Positions 1-9,561 are shown, numbered from the stretch's first letter. The stretch: DNA of 64,000 nucleotides from an uncultured Candidatus Saccharibacteria bacterium (GCA_964596615.1 CAZQUN010000004.1:432-64431), one strand, 5' to 3'. Notes: a model not told the origin generated them from the sequence alone. Made by a program: numbers and translations.

Positions 1-129
1 GTTAAAGATTAAAGGGCGATTGGTTACACCGGTCGAATCAAGTATCTGGCTCTTAATTAAAAAAGGCGAGAATGAGTTTGAAGAAAAGGAATATCCGGGA
101 TTCGCTTTTGTCCCGCTAATTAAAGATTA

Positions 130-1119
130 ATGATGAAAAAACTAATCATTGCTAACAAAAAGAAATTTATTCTTTTTTTTGTTTCCATTTTCCTATTCAC
201 CCTCCTTTTAGTCGGCGGGATTTTGTATGTTAATTTCCAGATTAATGTTCCTTTAGATAGTCAGGAAAACGAGAAGAATTTTCTTATTGAAAAAGGAGAA
301 GGATTAAAAGAGGTTGCTCTTCATTTAGAAGAGAAGGAAATAATCAGGGATGACCTTTGGTTTGTAATTTATGTCTTTTCCAAAGGCCGAGCCGGAAATT
401 TAATGGCCGGAGAATACTTATTAAGTCCTTCCTTGACTATTCCTGAAATAACTCAGGAGATTACTTACGGGAATGCTCTTTCAACCGAAGTTGAAGTTGT
501 TATTCCCGAAGGATTTACTTTAAGAAAAATTGATGCCCGTTTAGCAGCCAATGGTTTGATTGAAGAAGGGGAATTAATGTCTTTATCAAGAAAATTAGAA
601 GGATACTTATTCCCGGACACTTACCGATTTGAAAAAGATTCCAGTTTAGATGAAATTATTGGTAAAATGACTGATAATTTTAACAAGAAAGTTGATTCTG
701 AATTAAGGAATGGAATTGAAAAACAAGAAAAAACGCTAGACGAGATAATCATTATGGCCAGTTTAATTGAAAAGGAAGTTCCGATTTACGAAGACAGGCA
801 AATCGTTTCAGGAATATTTTGGAATCGGATTAGAGACAACTATCCGCTTCAATCCTGTGCGACAATTGCCTATATTCTGGATATTGATAAATGGAAATAT
901 TCAATTGAAGATACCAAGGTTGATTCGCCCTATAATACGTATAAGTATAAGGGACTACCGCCTAATCCAATTAACAATCCCGGACTTTCGGCAATTAAAG
1001 CCGCGATTTACCCAGAAACAACTGATTACTATTTCTTCCTTTCCGCTCCGGATGGAACAACTATTTTTTCTGAAACATTAGAAGAGCATAACGAAAACAA
1101 GGCCAAGTATTTGAATTAG
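130..1119 (+). CDS. mltG: Endolytic murein transglycosylase MltG/YceG-like, with an N-terminal membrane anchor
   Basis: 329 aa with an N-terminal TM helix. The YceG-like fold and C-terminal conservation (GLPPNPINNPG, YYFF) are typical of the MltG family. Confidence 0.65.
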   Translation: MMKKLIIANKKKFILFFVSIFLFTLLLVGGILYVNFQINVPLDSQENEKNFLIEKGEGLKEVALHLEEKEIIRDDLWFVIYVFSKGRAGNLMAGEYLLSPSLTIPEITQEITYGNALSTEVEVVIPEGFTLRKIDARLAANGLIEEGELMSLSRKLEGYLFPDTYRFEKDSSLDEIIGKMTDNFNKKVDSELRNGIEKQEKTLDEIIIMASLIEKEVPIYEDRQIVSGIFWNRIRDNYPLQSCATIAYILDIDKWKYSIEDTKVDSPYNTYKYKGLPPNPINNPGLSAIKAAIYPETTDYYFFLSAPDGTTIFSETLEEHNENKAKYLN

Positions 1120-1163
1120 ATTTTTAGGTTCGAGTCCTGCCCGGGGAGCTACTGGCGGATAAT

Positions 1164-1194
1164 AAAAACCACCTCGTCATAGAGGTGGTTTTTT
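1164..1194 (+). terminator. Rho-independent terminator hairpin (bidirectional: A-run upstream, T-run downstream)
   Basis: The sequence AAAAACCACCTC-gtcata-GAGGTGGTTTTTT forms a perfect 7-bp GC-rich stem followed by a T6 tract. Confidence 0.7.
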
Positions 1195-1230
1195 GGTAGA
1201 ATGAAATAAATTTTTATTGGCGTATATATT

Positions 1231-1773
1231 ATGAACCTTGTTATCCCCTTAGTAATTCTTTTAGGCGTTCTATTATTATTCTTTGTCTTTATTTTAATTA
1301 CGTTCTTAAAAGATTTCTTGCCTTTATTTTTTTGGGGAGCAATATATGTTCCCACTAAGAAAGAAAGAATTAATAAGATAATTAGATTCGCTGAAATTAG
1401 ACCTGGAGAAAAAGCTGTCGATTTAGGTTCGGGTGATGGAAGATTAGTTATTGCTTTAGCTAAAGCTGGCGCAGAATCTTATGGATATGAAGTGAATCCT
1501 GTATTAGTCTATAAATCCAAAAAGAATATCCAAGATGCTGGACTAGAAGAAAAAGCTTTTATTAGCTTGGGAAGTTTCTGGCAAGCAGATTTATCTGAAT
1601 TTGACGTTGTTGTTGTTTATGGAATGAAGCATGTCATGAGCAGACTGGGGAAAAAGCTGAAGAAAGAGCTTAAAAAAGATGCTAGGGTTATTTCTAATAC
1701 TTTTGAGCTTCCTGGTTGGTCTCAAGTAAAAAAAGAAGATAATATTTATTTATATAGAAATAGATTTAATTAA
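1231..1773 (+). CDS. Class I SAM-dependent methyltransferase, membrane-anchored
   Basis: Carries motif I VDLGSGDGRLVIALAKAG (GxGxG) and an N-terminal hydrophobic segment. Confidence 0.55.
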   Translation: MNLVIPLVILLGVLLLFFVFILITFLKDFLPLFFWGAIYVPTKKERINKIIRFAEIRPGEKAVDLGSGDGRLVIALAKAGAESYGYEVNPVLVYKSKKNIQDAGLEEKAFISLGSFWQADLSEFDVVVVYGMKHVMSRLGKKLKKELKKDARVISNTFELPGWSQVKKEDNIYLYRNRFN

Positions 1774-1945
1774 TAATCTTTTTTATTATATTCTCATCAA
1801 ATAGGTTCTAACATCATCTATCCAACGGAGCCATATATACCTCCTCGAACTTTTTATTTATTTGACAGAATAACATCTGCGTGTTATTCTGTTTTTAGTT
1901 GTTTAACTGACGCAAGCAGACCCAATTTGGGAAAAGGAGGCAAAA

Positions 1946-2272
1946 ATGTGGTATGGAATCATAGGTTTTTTCCTTTTGGGTCTATTAGCCTGGTGGGGCT
2001 CTATGGTAATCCTAAAGGGAATTGACTTAGAAGAGAAAACGGAAGAAGAAAATCCTTCTGTAGGAGGATTCAGCGGCGACGAAAAAGAATTTAGGAAAAA
2101 GAGTTTTCTTCGAGTTCTGATAACCTTAAAGGATGTAGCGGAGAAAATCGAACCCACCCCGGAACAGCAGGAAAGCTATGGGAAAAAGTTAAAAAAAATC
2201 AGGAATTGTTTAATAATCGCCTGGTTGTATCTAAGGGCTTTTATCGAATTTCTTAAACAAAAGTATTTTTAA
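1946..2272 (+). CDS. Hypothetical small membrane protein
   Basis: ORF with an N-terminal TM helix and a GGAGG RBS upstream. No recognisable domain. Confidence 0.35.
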   Translation: MWYGIIGFFLLGLLAWWGSMVILKGIDLEEKTEEENPSVGGFSGDEKEFRKKSFLRVLITLKDVAEKIEPTPEQQESYGKKLKKIRNCLIIAWLYLRAFIEFLKQKYF

Positions 2273-2334
2273 GCCCCCATTGGGGGCTTTACCCTTATTG
2301 AATGGACGAGTTCAAAAAGCGTCAATAGAAAAAC

Positions 2335-2363
2335 TTGACAGATTTTACAGAATAAAATAAGAT
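2335..2363 (+). promoter_or_regulatory. Sigma-70-like promoter upstream of rplJ (TTGACA-N17-TAAGAT)
   Basis: A consensus -35 hexamer TTGACA sits at 2335-2340, separated by 17 nt from the -10-like hexamer TAAGAT. Confidence 0.4.
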
Positions 2364-2373
2364 TTATAGAGCT

Positions 2374-2433
2374 GTAGACAATAGGTGGCTTTAGCGGAAA
2401 TCCTATCGAGGCGAGTGCCTTTTTATTGTCTAC
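2374..2433 (+). promoter_or_regulatory. Possible rplJ-rplL (L10) leader RNA structure
   Basis: A perfect 10-bp inverted repeat (GTAGACAATA ... TATTGTCTAC) encloses a 40-nt GC-richer segment in the 5' UTR of rplJ. This is the position of the autoregulatory L10 leader in many bacteria. Confidence 0.35.
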
Positions 2434-2458
2434 ATATTTGTAGGCATTTTTTAATAGC

Positions 2459-2977
2459 ATGATTACTAAAGAAAAGAAAAAAGAAATAATTCAAGATTTA
2501 ATTGATAAACTTTCCCGCCAGAAATCAGTTGTCTTTTTTGACTATACTGGCCTGAAAGTCAACCAAAGCCAGGAATTAAGAAGCAAATTAAGACAAGAAG
2601 AAATCGATTGCCAGATTAGCAAAAAGACCCTAATTGACTTGGCCTTGGAAAAAGCCGGATTAAAAGATATCAAAGTCAAAGAATTAGCTGGTCAGATTGG
2701 TTTAGTTTTTGGATACAAAGACGAAATCTTACCAGCCAAAATCCTATATGATTTTTCAAAAGAAAATAAGGACCTTAAAATTATTTCCGGTTTAATTGAT
2801 GGTCAGTTTTTAGGAAACGAAGCTGTTCTTGAATTAGCCAAATTACCTTCCAAACAAGAATTGCTTTCAAAACTGATTGGCAGCATTTCATCTCCAGTGC
2901 TCGGATTACATAATACCTTACAAGGCAACCTGTCTAAATTAATTAATATATTTAAAAACCTAAAGTCAGAGGAATAA
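2459..2977 (+). CDS. rplJ: 50S ribosomal protein L10
   Basis: 172 aa. The N-terminus KEKKKEIIQDLIDKLSRQKSVVFFDYTGLKVNQSQELRSKLR is typical of L10, and the gene is followed by rplL. Confidence 0.85.
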   Translation: MITKEKKKEIIQDLIDKLSRQKSVVFFDYTGLKVNQSQELRSKLRQEEIDCQISKKTLIDLALEKAGLKDIKVKELAGQIGLVFGYKDEILPAKILYDFSKENKDLKIISGLIDGQFLGNEAVLELAKLPSKQELLSKLIGSISSPVLGLHNTLQGNLSKLINIFKNLKSEE

Positions 2978-3046
2978 GGCTTGAAATATTAATTCAAAAG
3001 TGTAGAATAAATATATTCAATTCATATACTCTAACTTTCTAAAATT

Positions 3047-3523
3047 ATGGCAGAAGAAAATAAGAAGGAAGAAGCCCCTAAAGAGGAGGCTCCTAAAAAA
3101 GAAGAGGCGCCAGCAGCACCTGAAAAAGAAGAAAAAAAAGAAGCTGAAGTGCCAAAGAAGTTCAAGGACTTAGTTAAACAGATTGAAGAACTAAGTGTTT
3201 TGGAATTAGCCGAATTAGTCAAAGTCCTGGAAGATAAGTTTGGTGTCAGCGCTCTGCCAATGGCGGCTGCTCCAGCTGCCGGGGTTGCTCCGGCTGAAAG
3301 CGGAGAAGAAAAAAGCATCTTTGATATCGAACTAAAAAGCGCCGGTGACCAAAAAATCAGTGTTATCAAAGTAGTTAAAGAAATTACCGATCAAGGATTA
3401 AAAGAAGCTAAAGAAATTGTTGATAGCGCTCCGAAGGTTATTAAACAGGGCGTTAAAAAAGAAGAAGCCGAAGAGATTAAAAAGAAACTAGAAGAAGCCG
3501 GCGCAACAGTAGAATTAAAATAG
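3047..3523 (+). CDS. rplL: 50S ribosomal protein L7/L12
   Basis: Has an Ala/Glu-rich hinge and the conserved C-terminal domain [27 protein letters not shown]...[19 protein letters not shown]. Confidence 0.9.
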   Translation: MAEENKKEEAPKEEAPKKEEAPAAPEKEEKKEAEVPKKFKDLVKQIEELSVLELAELVKVLEDKFGVSALPMAAAPAAGVAPAESGEEKSIFDIELKSAGDQKISVIKVVKEITDQGLKEAKEIVDSAPKVIKQGVKKEEAEEIKKKLEEAGATVELK

Positions 3524-3552
3524 ATTGGAGGGGTCGTTAATCTTTCTAAGTT

Positions 3553-4128
3553 ATGGCTAAAGAAATTTTAGAACAACTTTTCGACTCGCCAGTTAAAGTT
3601 AAATTACTTAAATTGTTTTTAAGGAATACAAGGGAATCCTTTGAATTGAAAGACATTATCAGGCGAACAAGAAGCAATCCTTCTATCTGTCGCAATCAGA
3701 TAAAGAAATTAGAAGGCATTAAACTGATAAAAGGCAAATTAAAAGGGAGAACCAAGACCTATACTATTAATTCTGACTTTGATTTTTACAACGAACTTAA
3801 AACCCTGATTCTTAAATCCAGCCCGGCTTCGAAGAATAAGCTGACTGGCCGGATAAGATCAATTGGAAGAATTAAATTAGGAATTATTTCCGGCATCTTT
3901 GTTGACAGCGATAGTTCAAGGGCAGATCTTTTAATAGTCGGAGATGCGATTAAAAGAAAGAAATTGTCAGATTTTCTAAAAGAATTAGAAGCTGAAGTTG
4001 GCAAAGAAATTGATTATGTTGTTTTATCAACAGCTGAGTTTAAATATCGCTATGATATGTTTGACCGGTTTATCCGTGACTTTTTGGAAAAACCGCATGA
4101 AAAATTAATAAACAGATTAAAAATTTAG
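3553..4128 (+). CDS. Hypothetical protein, possibly a winged-helix regulator
   Basis: 191 aa basic protein with no clear catalytic motifs. It sits where rpoB usually follows rplL. Confidence 0.3.
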   Translation: MAKEILEQLFDSPVKVKLLKLFLRNTRESFELKDIIRRTRSNPSICRNQIKKLEGIKLIKGKLKGRTKTYTINSDFDFYNELKTLILKSSPASKNKLTGRIRSIGRIKLGIISGIFVDSDSSRADLLIVGDAIKRKKLSDFLKELEAEVGKEIDYVVLSTAEFKYRYDMFDRFIRDFLEKPHEKLINRLKI

Positions 4129-4132
4129 GAGG

Positions 4133-4204
4133 GGGCGTGTAGCTCAGGGGTAGAGCGTCCCGTTCACATCGGGGAAGTCTCTGGTTCAAATCCAGATACG
4201 CCCA
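4133..4204 (+). tRNA. tRNA-Val (anticodon CAC)
   Basis: Folded by hand into a cloverleaf. The acceptor GGGCGTG/TACGCCC has one G-U pair. D-arm is GCTC-AGGGGTA-GAGC, anticodon stem TCCCG/CGGGG with loop TTCACAT, T-arm TCTGG-TTCAAAT-CCAGA, discriminator A. No CCA is encoded. Confidence 0.85.
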
Positions 4205-4215
4205 CTTAATAGGTT

Positions 4216-4650
4216 ATGATTATTACTCCGCATATGTTAGTTGGAACAGCGATTGGTATCCATTCGAATAATATTGGAATGGCTTTTTTGTTTGGTCTAA
4301 TCAGTCATTATTTAATTGATCTTCTGCCTCATTGGGAATATTTGGATGAAATTAAGATAAATAGGAGAAAAGATCTTATAAAAATACTTCTGGATTTTAT
4401 ACTCGGTCTTCTAGTTGTTTTGTTTTTAATCTGGAATCAGCCGGAAAAAATGATAATAGTTGGATTTGCTATTTTTGGTTCGCTCTTGCCCGATTTCCTT
4501 ATTTTCGGATACAAAACCTTTGGAACGAAGGTTTTGAAAATTCATTATAATTTTCATTATAAGATTCATTATTTCAAATATCTTTCTTTTTGGGCTGGTT
4601 TACCAGCGACTTTAATCGTTATAATAGTGTCTCTTTTTCTGATAATTTAA
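4216..4650 (+). CDS. Hypothetical integral membrane protein
   Basis: 144 aa with 4 predicted TM segments. Confidence 0.4.
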   Translation: MIITPHMLVGTAIGIHSNNIGMAFLFGLISHYLIDLLPHWEYLDEIKINRRKDLIKILLDFILGLLVVLFLIWNQPEKMIIVGFAIFGSLLPDFLIFGYKTFGTKVLKIHYNFHYKIHYFKYLSFWAGLPATLIVIIVSLFLII

Positions 4651-4790
4651 GCTGTGGAAAACTGAAAAATACACTATTTAAGAGTGTCTGGGGATAAAAT
4701 GTGGACAGAAAATAAGGAATTTTAGATAAATTGGCTTTAATAAGCCATTTTTTTATTTACCCCCTTAAAAATACGGGTAATATTAAGTGT

Positions 4791-4819
4791 TTGACAGGCC
4801 TAATAAAGTAACATAAAAT
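4791..4819 (+). promoter_or_regulatory. Sigma-70-like promoter of the mraZ/dcw operon (TTGACA-N17-TAAAAT)
   Basis: Consensus -35 hexamer with correct spacing to an A/T-rich -10, about 65 nt upstream of mraZ. Confidence 0.45.
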
Positions 4820-4838
4820 GGATATGAAGTGAATGATT

Positions 4839-4880
4839 GTGGATAAATATGGGGATAAACTTATAAAATTGTGGATAACT
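4839..4880 (+). promoter_or_regulatory. Putative MraZ operator: direct repeats GTGGATAAAT / GGGGATAAAC / GTGGATAACT
   Basis: Three G(T/G)GGATAA(A/C) repeats on the same strand, at 4839, 4851 and 4871, lie between the promoter and the mraZ start. A similar pair, GGGGATAAAATGTGGACAG, is at 4690-4708. MraZ is known to bind spaced TGGGN-type direct repeats in its own promoter. Confidence 0.4.
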
Positions 4881-4884
4881 TAAT

Positions 4885-5316
4885 ATGTTCATCGGAGAAT
4901 ATTATCACACTATTGATACCAAGAAACGATTAGCGGTTCCAGTTAAATTCCGTAAGGATTTGAATAAAAAAGCTGTTTTAACCAGAGGATTAGATGATTG
5001 CTTATACCTTTATCCCTTAAAAGAATGGAAGAACCTGGCTGAAAAATTATCCCGTCTACCAATTTCCCGTTCTGATAGTCGAGCCTTTGTCCGGTTGATG
5101 TTGGCCGGGGCAATGGATGTTTCTTTAGACAGATTAGGCAGGATTTTAATTCCAGAATACTTAAAACAATACGCCGGCTTGAATAAGAAAATTACAATTG
5201 CCGGCCTATACAACAGAATAGAAATTTGGGATGAAAAGAAATGGAATTCCTACAAAGAACAAACAACCAAACAGGTTGAAAGCATTGCTGAAAAAATGAA
5301 TGAATTGGGGATTTAA
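4885..5316 (+). CDS. mraZ: Transcriptional regulator MraZ
   Basis: 143 aa starting MFIGEYYHTIDTKKRLAVPVKFR, and it is the first gene of the dcw cluster. Confidence 0.85.
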   Translation: MFIGEYYHTIDTKKRLAVPVKFRKDLNKKAVLTRGLDDCLYLYPLKEWKNLAEKLSRLPISRSDSRAFVRLMLAGAMDVSLDRLGRILIPEYLKQYAGLNKKITIAGLYNRIEIWDEKKWNSYKEQTTKQVESIAEKMNELGI

Positions 5317-5317
5317 T

Positions 5318-6193
5318 ATGAATCATCAACCAGTTCTCTTAAATGAAGTTTTAAAATATCTTGATCCTCAATCAAGCCAGAACTTTATTGACTGCACTTT
5401 TGGTTGGGGAGGTCATTCCCTGGAAATATTAAAAAGAAATAAACCCAACGGCAGGGTCTTGGGAATAGAACGAGATAGAAAAGTTTTAGAGATTTTAGAA
5501 AAAGAAAGAAATGAAAAAAGATTAATTTTGGTTAATAATAATTTTTCTGACTTGGAAAAGATTGTTCAAGAAAATGAGTTTTCATCGATTGATGGAATTC
5601 TCTTTGACCTGGGATTATCTTCCTGGCAAATTGAGAAAAGCGGAAGGGGATTTAGTTTTATGAGAGACGAACCTCTGCTCATGAACACGGGCGAGTCAGA
5701 GATAACCGCTCAGGAAATTATTAATCAATGGCCGGAAGATAGAATAGCAGGAATCTTAAAAGAGTACGGGGAAGAAAGATACGCCAGAAAAATTGCCAGG
5801 GGAATATATCAAAACAGGCAAAAGAAGAAAATTAAGACAACCAGTCAATTAGTTGAAATTATTAAAAGGGCAGTTCCAATTAATTATCAAAGAAGAAGAA
5901 TCCATTTTGCAACTAAAACATTTCAGGCATTAAGAATTACGGTTAATGACGAACTAACCAATTTAGAAAAATCTCTTCCCCAAGCATTAAAAATTTTAAA
6001 TAAAAAAGGTCGAATACTGATTATTTCTTTTCACTCTTTAGAAGACAGAATTGCTAAAAACTTTTTTCGCCAGAAAGCCAGAGAAGAAGAATTAGAAATT
6101 TTAATAAAAAAACCCGTTCAGCCAAGCCAGGAAGAAATTGAATTAAATCCTCGCAGCCGAAGTGCTAAATTAAGAGCGGCTGTAAAGAATTAA
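5318..6193 (+). CDS. rsmH: 16S rRNA (cytosine1402-N4)-methyltransferase RsmH (MraW)
   Basis: Follows mraZ. The start is set at the ATG at 5318, after the mraZ stop, with a GGGGA RBS; the six-frame ORF begins at 5300. Carries the SAM-MTase motifs FIDCTFGWGGHS and FDLGLSS. Confidence 0.85.
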   Translation: MNHQPVLLNEVLKYLDPQSSQNFIDCTFGWGGHSLEILKRNKPNGRVLGIERDRKVLEILEKERNEKRLILVNNNFSDLEKIVQENEFSSIDGILFDLGLSSWQIEKSGRGFSFMRDEPLLMNTGESEITAQEIINQWPEDRIAGILKEYGEERYARKIARGIYQNRQKKKIKTTSQLVEIIKRAVPINYQRRRIHFATKTFQALRITVNDELTNLEKSLPQALKILNKKGRILIISFHSLEDRIAKNFFRQKAREEELEILIKKPVQPSQEEIELNPRSRSAKLRAAVKN

Positions 6194-6194
6194 A

Positions 6195-6524
6195 ATGTTC
6201 TCACACTACGCCAAATCAAAAAAATTCAGGAGGGGCCACAATCGCGGCTTGGCTCTTTTAAGCGTTTTAGTTTTTTTCTCAGTAATTTGTCTGGGATTTT
6301 TTTATCTAATCCAGACCAATAGCTTGGTTGGCCAGAGCTACAAGATCAGAGAACAGAAAAAGCACCTCGGAGAACTTGAAAACCAAAAGCATAACTTGGA
6401 GATTGAAATTGCTAGAATGCAATCACCGGCCAGTTTAGAAGAAATGATTCAATCATTGGATTTAATTGAAATCGGGGAAGTAATTTATCTTGAGAGTGAA
6501 AAGGCCATGGCGACAATAAGATGA
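6195..6524 (+). CDS. ftsL: Cell division protein FtsL-like (single TM plus coiled coil)
   Basis: 109 aa with a TM helix followed by a coiled coil, positioned between rsmH and ftsI. Confidence 0.6.
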   Translation: MFSHYAKSKKFRRGHNRGLALLSVLVFFSVICLGFFYLIQTNSLVGQSYKIREQKKHLGELENQKHNLEIEIARMQSPASLEEMIQSLDLIEIGEVIYLESEKAMATIR

Positions 6525-8245
6525 AGAAGGATTGGCGGATTTACGTTCTAGTCATTATCATTTTCCTGATTGGGAGCGGGGTATTAACCCGCTTGTTTTC
6601 TCTCCAGATTCTTCGTTATGACTATTACAGCGCTTGGGCCAAAGACCAACATGAACTTTATCAGGAATTAGTTCCTCAAAGGGGGGAAATCTTTATGCAG
6701 GATTTCTCAGCCAAGAAAAGGAATAATCAGAATCAATATTATCCTTTGGCAATCAACAAGGAATTCCAGCAGGTCTATGCTATTCCTCAGGATATTGACC
6801 AGGACAAAATTGAAGAAACAGCTGAAAAACTTTCTTCTCTTCTTGATTTGGATAAAGAAATAATTTTGAGCCGGATTAGTAAACCAGATGATCCTTACGA
6901 GCCTTTAAGGCACAAGGTTGAGCAGGAAATTGCTGACCAGGTAAAAGAACTTGATATTTCCGGGATAAAATTAGGGCCGGAAATCTGGCGGTATTATCCC
7001 AACGATGAATCAACTTGTCATTTAATCGGTTTTGTTGGCATGAGCGAAAAAGGGAACATTGGCCAGTACGGATTGGAAAGATATTATCAGGATGAATTAG
7101 GAGGCAAGGCTGGTTTTGTTGCCGGGCAAAAAGACACCGCTGGCTATTGGATCCCTTCCTTAAGAGAGGATTTGGAACCAGCCGAAGACGGAGCAGACCT
7201 TATTCTGACCATTGACCAGAATATCCAGTTCAGAGCAGAAAGAGAATTAGAAAAAGTCATTGAAAAATGGCAGGCAGAAGCCGGAACAATTATTGTCCTC
7301 GAACCGGAAACAGGAGCAATCAGGGCAATGGCCAATTGGCCGACTTTTAACCCAAACCAATACATGAAGGTTAAAGAAATTGATTCTTTTCTTAATCCTT
7401 CAGTTCAGAAAGTTTACGAACCAGGATCCGTTTTCAAAGCCATTACCATGGCAGCCGGATTAGACAGCGGCAAGATTACTCCAGAGACAACATATTTCGA
7501 CGAAGGAAGAATAACAATCAAAGGAAGTTTTATCAGCAATGTTGACGGCCGAACCTATGATTATCAGACCATGACTCAAGTTCTTGAAAAATCAATTAAT
7601 ACCGGGGCAGTTTTTGTCCAACAGGAAATTGGCCAGGAAATTTTCGCTGACTATGTTCAGAGATTCGGTTTTGGTCAGACAACCAAGGCTGATTTAATCG
7701 GAGAGGTTAAAGGCAATATCTCTAATCTTTTTACCGGCAGAGAAATCAATTTAGCCACAATTTCATTTGGCCAGGGAATTACCGTTACGCCTTTATCAAT
7801 GCTTTCAGCTTTTTCAGCCATTGCTAATGATGGAAAACTAATGCGTCCCTTTGTTGTTGAAAAAACAATCTGGCCGGATGGTAGGGAAAAAACCACCCAA
7901 CCAGAAGTATTAAAAGAAACAATCTCTTCTGAATCAACCAGGGAATTAACCAAAATGCTTGTCAGCGCCGTTGAAAACGGCTATGGTAGACCTGCTCGGA
8001 TTAGCGGTTATGATATTGCCGGTAAGACCGGAACAGCCCAGATAGCTGATTTGGAAAAGGGTGGCTATTCCGAAGAAACCATTCATAGCTTTATTGGCTA
8101 CGCCCCTGCTTTTGACCCTAAATTTGCTATTTTAATAAAGGTTGATAAGCCGAAGGGAATTCGCTTTGCTTCTGATTCGGTCAGCCCGGTTTTTAGGGAA
8201 CTAGCCGAATACATTATTAACTATTTAGAAATACCTCCGCAATGA
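6521..8245 (+). CDS. ftsI: Penicillin-binding protein 2 / FtsI transpeptidase
   Basis: 574 aa with a TM anchor and the SxxK (SVFK), SxN (SIN) and KTGT motifs. It sits in the dcw position. Confidence 0.85.
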   Translation: MKKDWRIYVLVIIIFLIGSGVLTRLFSLQILRYDYYSAWAKDQHELYQELVPQRGEIFMQDFSAKKRNNQNQYYPLAINKEFQQVYAIPQDIDQDKIEETAEKLSSLLDLDKEIILSRISKPDDPYEPLRHKVEQEIADQVKELDISGIKLGPEIWRYYPNDESTCHLIGFVGMSEKGNIGQYGLERYYQDELGGKAGFVAGQKDTAGYWIPSLREDLEPAEDGADLILTIDQNIQFRAERELEKVIEKWQAEAGTIIVLEPETGAIRAMANWPTFNPNQYMKVKEIDSFLNPSVQKVYEPGSVFKAITMAAGLDSGKITPETTYFDEGRITIKGSFISNVDGRTYDYQTMTQVLEKSINTGAVFVQQEIGQEIFADYVQRFGFGQTTKADLIGEVKGNISNLFTGREINLATISFGQGITVTPLSMLSAFSAIANDGKLMRPFVVEKTIWPDGREKTTQPEVLKETISSESTRELTKMLVSAVENGYGRPARISGYDIAGKTGTAQIADLEKGGYSEETIHSFIGYAPAFDPKFAILIKVDKPKGIRFASDSVSPVFRELAEYIINYLEIPPQ

Positions 8246-9510
8246 GAAATATTCTACAATATATTCTAAAAATTCTGGCTAGAATAGTTTTGTACCGATA
8301 CAAGCCGGAAATAGTTGCTGTAACCGGCAGTGTTGGCAAGACCAGTACTAAGGAAGCGATATATCAGGTTTTGGAGAAATTCTTCCGGGTCAGACAGAAT
8401 AAAAGAAATTACAATAATGAGATTGGAGTGCCTTTGACAATAATTGGTCTTGAAACCGGCGGCAGTTCATTAATTGCCTGGCTGAAAAACTTTTTGCTTG
8501 CTCTTAGGACAATCCTGTGGAGAGGCGATTATCCAGAAATTCTGGTTTTGGAAATGGGCATTGATAAGCCCGGAGATATGGAATATTTAATGAGTTTTGT
8601 TCCGGTTGATGTTGCTGTTATCACCGCTATTGGTGAGTTTCCTGTTCATCTTGAATTTTTTCCTGAAAAGGGAAAATTAGTTCAGGAAAAGGCCCTTTTG
8701 GCTAAATCGCTTGATGGAGAAGGTCAGGCAGTTCTAAATTACGACGATTTATCTGTTCGAATGATTGCTGATGAGTTGCCCAGGGGATTGAAAATAGTTC
8801 AATATGGGTTTGAACAGGGAGCCAATCTTCAGATTTCCAATTTTAACTTTTCCATTTCTGATTTAGACAAAAAAAATTTTGGCATAAGTTTTAAATTAGA
8901 ATACGGAGGAAGTATTGTTCCGGTCCAAGTCAGAGGAGCAACCGGAAAACAACACGCCTTTACTCTTGCCGCCGCCGCCGGAGTCGGACTATATTTCGGC
9001 CTTAACCTGGTTGAGATTTCAGGAGTTTTTAAAGAACATAGACCCTTACCCGGCAGAACCAATCTCTTAAAAGGAATTAAACAAACCTGGATTATTGATG
9101 ATAGTTACAATGCTTCGCCTTTGGCAACTTTAACTTCCCTGGAAATTCTAGACCAATTTTCAGAAGGAAAGAGAAGGAAAATAGCGGTCTTAGGCGATAT
9201 GCTTGAATTAGGGGGCAAGACCGAGGAAGGTCATCGTCAGGTCGGACAAAAGGTAAAAGAAACTGCTGATTTGCTTTTTACCGTTGGCAGCCGGGCTATC
9301 TTTATCGCTGACCAAGCCAGGAAAGCAGGAATGAAAAAAGAAAATATTTTTGAATTCCAAACTTCAAAACAAGCCGGACTAGCAGTCCAAAAACAACTAG
9401 AACCCCAGGATATTATCCTGGTTAAGGGATCACGTTCAATCCATATGGAAGAAACTACAAGAGAAATTATGGCTCATCCAGAAAAAGCTGGGCAATTATT
9501 GGTAAAATAG
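8242..9510 (+). CDS. murF: UDP-N-acetylmuramoyl-tripeptide--D-alanyl-D-alanine ligase MurF (Mur ligase family)
   Basis: Has the P-loop VTGSVGKTSTKE and the MurF-like motif IIDDSYNASP, and follows ftsI. Confidence 0.7.
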   Translation: MRNILQYILKILARIVLYRYKPEIVAVTGSVGKTSTKEAIYQVLEKFFRVRQNKRNYNNEIGVPLTIIGLETGGSSLIAWLKNFLLALRTILWRGDYPEILVLEMGIDKPGDMEYLMSFVPVDVAVITAIGEFPVHLEFFPEKGKLVQEKALLAKSLDGEGQAVLNYDDLSVRMIADELPRGLKIVQYGFEQGANLQISNFNFSISDLDKKNFGISFKLEYGGSIVPVQVRGATGKQHAFTLAAAAGVGLYFGLNLVEISGVFKEHRPLPGRTNLLKGIKQTWIIDDSYNASPLATLTSLEILDQFSEGKRRKIAVLGDMLELGGKTEEGHRQVGQKVKETADLLFTVGSRAIFIADQARKAGMKKENIFEFQTSKQAGLAVQKQLEPQDIILVKGSRSIHMEETTREIMAHPEKAGQLLVK

Positions 9511-9561
9511 AATTGGACAAATATAGTTATCTGTGGTAGATTAAAGGGGTGGAGGCCTCTT

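Noticed and set aside
767-1081. 104-aa ORF inside mltG and similar internal or antisense ORFs (e.g. 1149..1355-, 7144..7365-, 13058..13318-, 20516..20806-, 24598..24831-, 58093..58380-, 61045..61284-)
   Set aside because: They are wholly contained within, or antisense to, well-supported conserved genes. They have no RBS and have low-complexity translations.
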